Positions 39,781 through 48,306 of a DNA stretch of 64,000 nt are shown piece after piece (position 1 is the first letter of the stretch; the number at the start of each line of letters is the position of its first letter). The translations under genes and the position numbers were made by a program. The stretch is from Patescibacteria group bacterium. Its GTDB lineage: Bacteria; Patescibacteriota; Patescibacteriia; UBA2591; UBA6264. The stretch spans positions 3,183-67,182 of the forward strand of contig JAIPGN010000002.1 of the NCBI GenBank assembly GCA_021735685.1. The letters are read 5' to 3'. The notes under the pieces are model-generated. The model was not told the origin of the DNA and ran no database searches. It worked only from the letters and a program-made list of their open reading frames with translations.

Positions 39781-41031
39781 CTAATATGAAAATAAATTCT
39801 TGAAAAGGTTTTTAACGCCTTGACCTATTTTAGATGGGCGCCCCCCTCCTCCAAGTCCTTTGCTAGTCTTATTAGTTTCAAAACGTCTACTTCCCCAGAT
39901 TGCCAAGCCTACTGCCGTAGCAAAATCAATATCAAAGGCCTTGTCATTTTCACTAACAAAGCCCTGCGGAGAAGCTAAAGCAGAAGGAACCTTAAATACA
40001 TCTTTAGCTATTTCAGTCAAACCCTCCAATTTAGAACCTGCGCCTGCAAGAACTACACCTCCTGGTAATTTTCCTTGCCGATCAATAGTGGCCAATTCTT
40101 CATTAACTAATTTAAATATTTTTTCACAACGACTACGGATAATTTTAGAAATATCTTTCTTGGTCGCTGAACCTTTCTCCCGCTGGTCAATCTCATTAAA
40201 ATCAATTTTCTCCGACTTCCCCGACTTTAAGGGCAAAGCAGTGCCATAATTAATCTTGATCTCTTCTGCCAAATTAATAGGGACTCTTAATCCAATCGCC
40301 AAATCAGTAGTGATATAACGAGAAGCATAGGGAATAATTTTAACACTTAAAATTTTTCCTTCTTCAAAAACCGCTATATTGGTAGTAGTATTTCCTAAGT
40401 TAACTAATAAAACTCCTAACTCTTTCTGTTTTTTATCTAAAACAATTTCAGCGGTAGCCAAAGGATTAACCACCAATTCGTTAAGCCTTACTCCCACGCG
40501 ATTAAAACATTTCTTAAGAGTTTTAACTTGGTTGTTAAGTCCTAAAATAACCTGAGCATCAACTTCTAAACGAGTGCCGGTCATCCCCACGGGATCAACA
40601 ATCCCGGGTTGATTATCAATAGAAAAACTACGAGGCAAAATATGCAAAATATCATAATTCGCTGGAGCTGCTGCTGTTTGAGCTGCCCCACAAACTCGGG
40701 TCACATCTTCCTGTTTTACTTCTGCGTCAGGATGAGAAACAGAAACCACTCCCTTGCTTTCTTGAGAAACAATATGCGTGCCAGAGATCCCAGCAAAAAC
40801 ATCTTGAACGGCCAAACCAATAACTTCTTCTAATTTTTCCAAACAAGCCGAAATACTAGAAACAGCATCTTCAATATTAGTAACTTCACCCTTGCTGATC
40901 CCTTCTGAATTAGATTCAGCCACTCCAATAATATCTAAAATGCCATCAGGACGCATTTGTCCAGCTGCCATTCTAATAGAACTAGATCCCAAATCTACTC
41001 CGGTAATAATTTTTCTCTTATTGCCAACCAT
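39781..41031 (-). CDS. ftsA: Cell division protein FtsA
   Basis: Actin-like ATPase 'ITGVDLGSSSIRMAAG', SHS2 insert, C-terminal amphipathic helix 'NLFKNLFSY'. Confidence 0.85.
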   Translation of the reverse strand: MVGNKRKIITGVDLGSSSIRMAAGQMRPDGILDIIGVAESNSEGISKGEVTNIEDAVSSISACLEKLEEVIGLAVQDVFAGISGTHIVSQESKGVVSVSHPDAEVKQEDVTRVCGAAQTAAAPANYDILHILPRSFSIDNQPGIVDPVGMTGTRLEVDAQVILGLNNQVKTLKKCFNRVGVRLNELVVNPLATAEIVLDKKQKELGVLLVNLGNTTTNIAVFEEGKILSVKIIPYASRYITTDLAIGLRVPINLAEEIKINYGTALPLKSGKSEKIDFNEIDQREKGSATKKDISKIIRSRCEKIFKLVNEELATIDRQGKLPGGVVLAGAGSKLEGLTEIAKDVFKVPSALASPQGFVSENDKAFDIDFATAVGLAIWGSRRFETNKTSKGLGGGGRPSKIGQGVKNLFKNLFSY

Positions 41032-41046
41032 AAATAATTATCTTAT

Positions 41047-41445
41047 TTAATATTTTATTTTTTCTAAAATTTCTTTCTCTCGTGATTGCATCAAAAAAGC
41101 TTCTTCCTTCTGTTCGTGAGTATATCCCAAAATATGCAAAAATCCATGTAACAGCAAAAGGACTAATTCTTCCTTTACCCCCCTTCCTCTTTCTCTCGCT
41201 TGCTTTTTCAAAATCGGTCCACAAATCATAATTTCTGGAGGATCAATAAAAGACAAAACATCAGTGGCCTCATCTTTCTTGCGATATTTTTTGTTCCACT
41301 TCCTGATTTCACTCTCTCCCACAAAGACAACAGACAAATTTTCTGGACTTTGGCCAGGAAAAAAGGGAACAACTTGAGAGAAAAAATCTTGAATATCTTT
41401 TTTAGAGAAAGGAACAGCGACTAATTCATTAATTTCCACCAACAT
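41047..41445 (-). CDS. ybeY: rRNA maturation endoribonuclease YbeY
   Basis: 'LLLHGFLHILGYTHE' metal-binding H3 motif. Confidence 0.85.
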   Translation of the reverse strand: MLVEINELVAVPFSKKDIQDFFSQVVPFFPGQSPENLSVVFVGESEIRKWNKKYRKKDEATDVLSFIDPPEIMICGPILKKQARERGRGVKEELVLLLLHGFLHILGYTHEQKEEAFLMQSREKEILEKIKY

Positions 41446-41448
41446 GCT

Positions 41449-41694
41449 TTATTTTTCCTCCTCTTCTTCAGAGGAATTCCCTTCTTCGCTTTTTTCCTCA
41501 GAAGCAAAATATTCAGCTTTTATGGCTTGACTCGGGCAATTTTCTTCAGCTAACTTATTGCAACCCAAATTTTCTACTAAAGCTTCTTTAACTTCTGCTT
41601 TATTTTCTTCGTTCATTTCAAAATTATTAGGACAAATAGCGCTACAAGCGCCACAGCCAATACATTTTTCCTGATCTAAGGTAATTTTAAACAT
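41449..41694 (-). CDS. Small 4Fe-4S ferredoxin
   Basis: 'CIGCGACSAICP' plus distal 'CPSQAI' cysteine; acidic tail. Confidence 0.7.
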   Translation of the reverse strand: MFKITLDQEKCIGCGACSAICPNNFEMNEENKAEVKEALVENLGCNKLAEENCPSQAIKAEYFASEEKSEEGNSSEEEEEK

Positions 41695-41726
41695 ATTTTT
41701 CTTTATTTTTAAGAATTTTTAAGAAA

Positions 41727-42002
41727 TTATTTCTTTTTTTTCTGAGAAGGCTCTTCTTCTTTAATCTCTTTAAAATCTTTCTTAATTTCTTCAGCTTCGC
41801 TTGCGATTTCGCTTTTCATTTCCTTGAAATCTCTTGCTGCTTTTTTAGCTCCAGCTAACAATTTTTCTTTAGTTTCTTCCATTTTCTCCTTCAATTCCTT
41901 TCGCGTATCCTTTCCTTTCTTCTTAGCAAAAAGCAAACCACCCAAAGCTCCTAAAAAACTACCCAAGATACCAACTTTTAAAATGTTTTTTAATTTTCCC
42001 AT
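41727..42002 (-). CDS. YtxH-like small protein
   Basis: N-terminal hydrophobic 'VGILGSFLGALGGLLFA' then a K/E-rich helix, as in the YtxH family. Confidence 0.4.
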   Translation of the reverse strand: MGKLKNILKVGILGSFLGALGGLLFAKKKGKDTRKELKEKMEETKEKLLAGAKKAARDFKEMKSEIASEAEEIKKDFKEIKEEEPSQKKKK

Positions 42003-42063
42003 ATTAAATAATTTAAATTTATTATGTATCTATTTTACCACTTTTATATTTTTCGCCAATAAG

Positions 42064-42918
42064 TTAAACAATTAAAGAGGGATAAAAATACTTTTTCTTC
42101 TTATCCTTTTTGACTTGGTCCCAATTCGCTAAAATGGCAATCGCCTCCGAAGCCACTAAACCCATTCTTTTTTCATCTTCTGTGCGCACCACAAATTTAT
42201 CCTTATCTTCTAAGAAGCTATCAACAACCAAACAGATTGCTCCCGCTCGTAAACCATAAAGATTAGCCAAGGTAAAAATTGGTGCTACCTCCATTTCAAT
42301 ATTACTGACTCGTGCTGATCTTAATTGAGTAATTAATTCTTGATTTTTCGAATTAGTGTAACCGCCAAATCCTTCTCGACCCTCTCCCACGTAAAAAGAA
42401 TCTTGACTAGCTGTTATTCCTAGATGATAATTAATTTTCATTTTTTCGCAAGCTTCAATTAAGGCCAAAACCACTTCATAACTGGCTAAAGCCGGATATT
42501 CCGGAAAAATATAATCTTGACTAGCTCCTTCCAAACGAACCGCTCCCGTAGAAATAACCAAATCTCCCAACTCTATACCCTTTTGCAGAGAACCAGTTGT
42601 ACCTACTCGCAAAAAAGTATCAACCCCTACTCGCGCCGCTTCTTCTAAAACAATAGTTGCTGAGGAAGCTCCAATGCCAGTAGAAAGACAAGCCAAGTCA
42701 ACTCCCTTAAAGGTTCCTTTCATTGAAAAAAACTCTCTATTCTCAGTTACTTTTTCGCTTTGGTCCCAAACCTGAGAAATCTTTTTTACTCTTTGGGGAT
42801 CACCGGGCAAAAGTAAATAAGAAGGAAGGTCGCCCGAGGCACAACCAATGTGATATTGTTTTTTGCTTTGAGGGTCTGAAGAGATGTTCATATTTAAAAA
42901 ATTATTACCTTTGTTCAA
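42064..42918 (-). CDS. Nucleoside phosphorylase (PNP/UDP family 1)
   Basis: 'GIGASSATIVLEEAARVGVDTFLRVGTTGS' and 'ISTGAVRLEG' are typical of the DeoD/Udp/MTAN fold. Confidence 0.6.
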   Translation of the reverse strand: MNKGNNFLNMNISSDPQSKKQYHIGCASGDLPSYLLLPGDPQRVKKISQVWDQSEKVTENREFFSMKGTFKGVDLACLSTGIGASSATIVLEEAARVGVDTFLRVGTTGSLQKGIELGDLVISTGAVRLEGASQDYIFPEYPALASYEVVLALIEACEKMKINYHLGITASQDSFYVGEGREGFGGYTNSKNQELITQLRSARVSNIEMEVAPIFTLANLYGLRAGAICLVVDSFLEDKDKFVVRTEDEKRMGLVASEAIAILANWDQVKKDKKKKYFYPSLIV

Positions 42919-44176
42919 TTTTTAAAAACTCGCCTTCTAAAAATCCCTTCTTCAAATCTTTAATCTTAACTATTACAATTTTATTGGCTAAATCACTCTG
43001 ACTTTTCAAAAAAACACGCAAATAATTATGAGAAAAGCCTTGCCAGAAATCTTGTTTTTTTCCTTCAATTAAAATCGGTAAAGTTTCTCCTTGATAAGAT
43101 TTTTTTATTTTCATTGCCTGTTTCCGAGACAAAGCAAGCAATTTTTGAGCTCTTTGCTTTTTAACTACTGATGAAACGCTTCCTTTCAGAGAAAAAGCTT
43201 TTGTTCCTGGGCGAGGAGAAAAACGAAAAATATGAGTTTTTAAAAAATTATGATTTTTAATAAATTCATAAGTTTCTTTAAAGTCTACCTCGGTTTCTCC
43301 GGGAAAACCCACAATTAAATCTGCAGTTAGATTAACTTGAGGAATACTTATAATTTTTTGAACCACTCTCTCCAAATCTTTTCTTTGATAACTGCGTCCC
43401 ATTAATTTTAAAATCCGGTCGCTGGCCGATTGAATAGATAAATGAAAGTGAGGACAAAGACGCGGACTGACCCGAAAAAGACCAATTAACTTCGAGCTAA
43501 TCACTGTCGGCCAAAGAGAGGACAAGCGTAAACGAGGAAGGTCAGTTTTTTCTAAAATAGCTTGCAATAAATCAATTAAACCACTACTCCGATCTTGATA
43601 ATTGCCAATATTAGTCCCCGTCAAGACAACTTCTTGAAATCCCTGTTTCTGTCTTTTTTTAACCTCAGCCACTACCTCAGGAATAGGCTTGTTCTTTAAG
43701 TCAGGGCGAAGGTAAGGAACAATGCAATAGCTACAATATTGTTGACAACCACTTTGAATTCCTAGAAAAAAACGAGTTTTTTTCTTTAAATTCTTTTGCT
43801 CTGGTTGTCGAGAAGAAGTAACCGCACAAGAAGACAAAATGTTTAAAATAAATTGATCCCATTCTTTCTTCTCTTGATTAGGCAACCAGGCATAAACCTT
43901 CTCCTTTTCTCTCTGACGTAAATCAGAAGTAAAGCAACCCGCTACCAAAATCAAAGCTTGAGGGGAAATTCTCTGCAAGCTGTGAATAGTTTGACGCACC
44001 TCTTTTTCTGCTTTTTGAGTAACTGCGCAAGAATTAAGCACGTAGAGATCAGCTGGTTTTTTTATCGATCCCAAAATAAGTTCTGGAAAACGAGAAAACA
44101 ACTTTTCTTTTAAATCTTGGGTTTCGGCTTGATTTAGCTTGCAACCCCAAGTTTTAAAAGCAATAACCGGTGCCAT
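42905..44176 (-). CDS. mtaB: Radical-SAM methylthiotransferase, MtaB-like (ms2t6A)
   Basis: 'KTWGCKLNQAETQDL' MTTase N-domain, 'CQQYCSYCIVPYLRP' CxxxCxxC, TRAM-like C-terminus. Confidence 0.65.
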   Translation of the reverse strand: MAPVIAFKTWGCKLNQAETQDLKEKLFSRFPELILGSIKKPADLYVLNSCAVTQKAEKEVRQTIHSLQRISPQALILVAGCFTSDLRQREKEKVYAWLPNQEKKEWDQFILNILSSCAVTSSRQPEQKNLKKKTRFFLGIQSGCQQYCSYCIVPYLRPDLKNKPIPEVVAEVKKRQKQGFQEVVLTGTNIGNYQDRSSGLIDLLQAILEKTDLPRLRLSSLWPTVISSKLIGLFRVSPRLCPHFHLSIQSASDRILKLMGRSYQRKDLERVVQKIISIPQVNLTADLIVGFPGETEVDFKETYEFIKNHNFLKTHIFRFSPRPGTKAFSLKGSVSSVVKKQRAQKLLALSRKQAMKIKKSYQGETLPILIEGKKQDFWQGFSHNYLRVFLKSQSDLANKIVIVKIKDLKKGFLEGEFLKIEQR

Positions 44177-44180
44177 TAAC

Positions 44181-45611
44181 TTACTTTAATCTTTTCTTTA
44201 TCTCTTTTGCCAACTTATTGACATCAACGTGTTCTTGGTTGCCAGTCTTCATATTGCGAATAATAATAGTTTTATCTTTAACTTCCTGATGACCAAGAAT
44301 TAAAGTTAGTTTTACCCCCATATCATCAGCCACTTTCATTTGTGCTTTTAAGCTTGTTTTTCCAAAACTTTCCGCCACTTTAATACCTTGGCTCTGCAAT
44401 TCATTAAAAATCCGTAAAGCATGACGAGCAGCTGATTCTCCAATTTGAGCAAAAAATACCTGGGGTCCTCGTGATTGATAAATTCTAACATTCTTGACTT
44501 CCATTTCTTGTAGAATTCTTTCTAAACCATAAGATAAGCCTGCAGCAGGAGTTTCTCTTCCACCTAAACTCTCAATCAAAGTGTCATACCTTCCTCCTCC
44601 TCCCAGGGCCGAAAGATTAGTTTTTTCTTTTTTTTCTTTTTCATCAATTACCGGCCAAATTTCAAAAACAGTCCTAGTGTAATAATCTAAACCTCTAACC
44701 AAATAAGGATTCAATTGATAAACCACATTAGCCTCATCTAAGCATTCTAAAACCTTTGTAAAGTGTTTTTCACAATCCTTGCAAAGAAAATTAATCAATT
44801 GAGGAGCTCGCGAAACAATTTCCTGACACAATAAATTTTTACAATCTAAAATTCGTAAGGGATTTTTTTCTAATCTTTTCTGACAATCAGGACAAAGACT
44901 TTTTTTATGAGACTGTAAATAATTCAATAATTCTTCTCGATAATTTGATCGGCAATGTGCGCAACCCAAACTATTAATCTGAATATTAATTGGTAGATTC
45001 AAATCATTAAAAAAGGTTTGAGAAAAAAGAATAATTTCAGCATCAATCAAAGGTTGATTTGAACCTAAAACTTCTAAACCAAATTGATAAAATTGACGAT
45101 AACGGCCAGATTGAGGTCTTTCGTAACGAAAAGCCGGCCCCCAGTAAAAAAACTTAAGAGGCTGAGGTAGATTAAACATCCCATGTTCAATATAAGCTCG
45201 TACTACCGAGGGTGTAAATTCAGGACGTAAAACAATCTTTTTTCCACCTAAATCAGTAAATTGATACATTTGCTTCTCAACCACATCTGTGTCTAGTCCA
45301 GTTGATTTTTTAAAAAGCTTACTCTCTTCTAAAACTGGGGTAATAATCTTTTCAAACCCATAAGCATTGGCTAAATCAATCAATTTTTTGAGCAAATAAT
45401 CACGTGCTGGTTGCTCGGCCGGCAGAATGTCTTTCATGCCTCGCAAAAGCTGAGGAGAATATCTATTTTTGTCAGCCCAAGAATCATCTATTTTTTTCTT
45501 CTTAGGAAGTCGCGGAATTACTTTTCTCCTAGTAATTTTCTTTTTCTTCGTTTTTTTCTTCGCAACCTTAGAGCTAGATGAAGGTTTTGAAGCTTTTTTT
45601 GTTCGCGGCAT
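44181..45611 (-). CDS. hisS: Histidyl-tRNA synthetase with Lys-rich N-terminal extension and a Cys-rich insertion
   Basis: Class II HisRS motifs ('GGGRYDTLIESLGG'); N-terminal 40 aa K-rich. The insertion 'CAHC...CPDC...C...CKDC' lies between motifs 2 and 3. Confidence 0.85.
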   Translation of the reverse strand: MPRTKKASKPSSSSKVAKKKTKKKKITRRKVIPRLPKKKKIDDSWADKNRYSPQLLRGMKDILPAEQPARDYLLKKLIDLANAYGFEKIITPVLEESKLFKKSTGLDTDVVEKQMYQFTDLGGKKIVLRPEFTPSVVRAYIEHGMFNLPQPLKFFYWGPAFRYERPQSGRYRQFYQFGLEVLGSNQPLIDAEIILFSQTFFNDLNLPINIQINSLGCAHCRSNYREELLNYLQSHKKSLCPDCQKRLEKNPLRILDCKNLLCQEIVSRAPQLINFLCKDCEKHFTKVLECLDEANVVYQLNPYLVRGLDYYTRTVFEIWPVIDEKEKKEKTNLSALGGGGRYDTLIESLGGRETPAAGLSYGLERILQEMEVKNVRIYQSRGPQVFFAQIGESAARHALRIFNELQSQGIKVAESFGKTSLKAQMKVADDMGVKLTLILGHQEVKDKTIIIRNMKTGNQEHVDVNKLAKEIKKRLK

Positions 45612-45632
45612 ATTATTTTTTTTAAAAAATTC

Positions 45633-46217
45633 TTAATTTTGAGAATAAGAGACAGAAGGAATTAGACCAAAGGCTGAAAAGGGCCAACCTCGCAAGAAAA
45701 CTAAACCAGTAATTCTTTCGCGAGGCACTGGACCAAAAGACCGAGAATCCATACTCATGCTCCGATTGTCTCCTAAAAGATAATACTCGTTTTCTGCTAA
45801 CTCTAACTCTATTTTGCCTGGTGTCGTAAGACCAGAAGCCAAATAAGCGTTTTCATTTAATTCTTGCTTCTTGTTATCTTGTGGGTTAATAATATAAACT
45901 GAACCACCTTCAATTAAAATTTTTTCTTTTGGTAAGCCAATCACTCTTTTAATTAAATAATCTTTATCATTTTCTGGTGGATGAAAAACAACTACTTGAC
46001 CTCGCGTTGGAAAATTCAAACGATAATTAATTTTACTCACTATCAAGTAATCTTGATCGTAAAAATTAGGTTCCATTGAGGGCCCCACCACATAAAAAGG
46101 TTGAAAGATAAAGTGATGAATCGGCCAAACAATTAAAAAAGCAATAACTGCTAATTTGATTATATCAAAAATAAATAAAACCAAAAAAGGGATTTTTCTA
46201 TTCTTCTTATTTTCCAT
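45633..46217 (-). CDS. lepB: Signal peptidase I
   Basis: N-terminal TM, 'VGPSMEPNF' catalytic Ser box, 'KRVIGLPKE' Lys box. Confidence 0.8.
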   Translation of the reverse strand: MENKKNRKIPFLVLFIFDIIKLAVIAFLIVWPIHHFIFQPFYVVGPSMEPNFYDQDYLIVSKINYRLNFPTRGQVVVFHPPENDKDYLIKRVIGLPKEKILIEGGSVYIINPQDNKKQELNENAYLASGLTTPGKIELELAENEYYLLGDNRSMSMDSRSFGPVPRERITGLVFLRGWPFSAFGLIPSVSYSQN

Positions 46218-46542
46218 TATTTTTTTCTCTTAAGGCAATTGCTCTAACAATTTTAGTAATATTTTTTTCCATTTTTTGCATTTTTAAACGAAGTCGGAAA
46301 AGGAAATAAAATAAAATAATTATTCCCAAATAAAGCAAAATTTCTATTCCTGAACTAGAAAATCCCAACCGAATTGCCAATTGGTCAATTTGCTTCAGGC
46401 CTACAATTAAAACTCCGGCACCAATCCAGAAAACCAACCAAAAAAGAAATTCATTAACACTAATCTCTTTTTTCTTTTTTCGCCAAACCAAACGGGCCAA
46501 AAACAAAAAAATTATAAATAGAGCTAATAACTTTTGAAGCAT
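46207..46542 (-). CDS. Small 3-4 TM membrane protein (GtrA/DUF2304-like partner of GT2)
   Basis: 111 aa, hydrophobic, directly downstream of the GT2 gene with overlapping ends. Confidence 0.4.
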   Translation of the reverse strand: MLQKLLALFIIFLFLARLVWRKKKKEISVNEFLFWLVFWIGAGVLIVGLKQIDQLAIRLGFSSSGIEILLYLGIIILFYFLFRLRLKMQKMEKNITKIVRAIALREKNNGK

Positions 46543-46548
46543 AAATTA

Positions 46549-47211
46549 TCAATCAATTAGCTTAGATAAAAATAAATCTTTTATAATTTTCATTCCCTGT
46601 CCAAAATTTTGACCAAAATGATGATAGAGTACGGTAATTCCCACTTCTTCTATTTTGAAATTATGACGAAAAACTTTAGCCATAATTTCACTATTATGAG
46701 CCATGCCATCATTATTAATTTTAATTTTCTGAGCAGCGGAACGAGACAAGGCCCGAAAACCACTCTGAGGATCGGTTAAAGAAACTCCAAAAAATAATTT
46801 ATTCACCAAGTGTGCTAGAGGAATAATTATTTTCTCTTTAAACCAAGGCAAATTTGATTTTTTTTCTAAAAAACGAGAGCCAAAAACAACATCAGCTCGT
46901 TGCTCCTTGATTGGAAAAACCACTTCTTTAATTTCTGAAGCCAAGAATTGACCATCTCCGTCAAAGTGAACAATAATATCAGCTCCTCGTGCTAAAGCTT
47001 TTTGATTGCCAGTTTCTAGGGCTGCTCCTTGACCTCGGTTAATTAAATGACAAAGAGCTACTACTCCCTTCTCTTGTTGAGCAACATTAAAAGTATTATC
47101 AGCCGAACCATCATCAACTACAATGATTTCATCTACATACTTTTGAGCTGTTTTTAAAACTGCTTGCAAATTTTTTCCTTCATTATAAGCCGGGATAACT
47201 AAAGTAGTCAT
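46549..47211 (-). CDS. Glycosyltransferase family 2 (dolichyl/polyprenyl-phosphate hexosyltransferase-like)
   Basis: 'TLVIPAYNEGKNL...EIIVVDDGSADNT' and DxD. Confidence 0.75.
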   Translation of the reverse strand: MTTLVIPAYNEGKNLQAVLKTAQKYVDEIIVVDDGSADNTFNVAQQEKGVVALCHLINRGQGAALETGNQKALARGADIIVHFDGDGQFLASEIKEVVFPIKEQRADVVFGSRFLEKKSNLPWFKEKIIIPLAHLVNKLFFGVSLTDPQSGFRALSRSAAQKIKINNDGMAHNSEIMAKVFRHNFKIEEVGITVLYHHFGQNFGQGMKIIKDLFLSKLID

Positions 47212-47222
47212 AGTGATTAAAT

Positions 47223-48287
47223 TTATTTATCTCCCGCTTTTTCTTCTTCATCGTATTGGTCAAGCAGTGGCTGTAAAAGAATATGGTTAGCGCGAACATA
47301 ATCAATCATTCTTTTTAGACCAGATTCTAAACTAATCACCGGAAACCATTCTAATTTTTCCTTGGCTAAAGTAACGTCTGGCACTCCCAAGGTTCGCATA
47401 AAAGAAAGAGGAGGTTGAAAAGAAATTTTCGAATTAGAATTAGTTAAACCAATAATTTTCTCAGCTAATTCCCGCAAAACATAACGATGAGGGTCACCTA
47501 AATTAAAAGGACCGGAGTGCTTTGATTCCATAATCTTTAAAAGCCCTTGGGCCACATCTTCCACATAACAAAGCGAAGTAGAAAAATTTTTATCACCATA
47601 TATAATTAAAGGCTTGTTGTTTAAGGCCTGTAAAACAAAATCCGGAACCATATGACCATCTAAAAGATTTTCACGAGGACCATAAGTTCTAAAAATACGA
47701 GCAATCTTGGCATCTAAGTTGTACTGACGATTATAAGCCATTACCGCAGTTTCACTAATTCTTTTTCCTTCGTCATAACAAGATCGAGGGCCAATAAAAT
47801 CAACGCTTCCTTGGCTTTCTTCTTTGAAAACCTGATTGCTTTCCCCACCATAAACCACTGAAGAAGAAGCAAAAAGCAATTTGGCTTGATAAAACTTAGC
47901 CAATTCCAGCATATTGGTCGTCCCAAAAATATTGCTATACAAAACTTCTAACTGAAATTGATCAAATTTTTTAATAAAAGTAGGACAAGCCAAATGATAA
48001 ATCTCTTGCAGGCCATATAAAGAAATGTGAAAATTCTCTAATTCAGGGAATTGACCTAAATCTAAAGATTGATTAATATCAGCTTTCAAAAGCCGAAAAT
48101 TAGGCTTTTGTAATAAGTGTTTAATGTTTTCGATATGACCACTAGAAAAATTATCAACGCAAATAACATTATTTCCTTCTTGAACCAAGCTATCGCAAAG
48201 GTGCGAACCAATAAAACCGGCTCCACCGCTAATTAAAACATTTTTTTTCTCTCCAGAAAAAAATTTTTGTTTTTTGGCCGAGGACAT
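47223..48287 (-). CDS. NAD-dependent epimerase/dehydratase (UDP-glucuronate decarboxylase-like SDR)
   Basis: 'VLISGGAGFIGSHLCDSL' Rossmann motif and 'YDEGKR' catalytic YxxxK. Confidence 0.75.
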   Translation of the reverse strand: MSSAKKQKFFSGEKKNVLISGGAGFIGSHLCDSLVQEGNNVICVDNFSSGHIENIKHLLQKPNFRLLKADINQSLDLGQFPELENFHISLYGLQEIYHLACPTFIKKFDQFQLEVLYSNIFGTTNMLELAKFYQAKLLFASSSVVYGGESNQVFKEESQGSVDFIGPRSCYDEGKRISETAVMAYNRQYNLDAKIARIFRTYGPRENLLDGHMVPDFVLQALNNKPLIIYGDKNFSTSLCYVEDVAQGLLKIMESKHSGPFNLGDPHRYVLRELAEKIIGLTNSNSKISFQPPLSFMRTLGVPDVTLAKEKLEWFPVISLESGLKRMIDYVRANHILLQPLLDQYDEEEKAGDK

Positions 48288-48306
48288 AAAAAAATAATTA
48301 AATTAT

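Noticed and set aside
41018-41224. 68-aa ORF overlapping ybeY in another frame
   Set aside because: Nested in ybeY on the same strand; no support.
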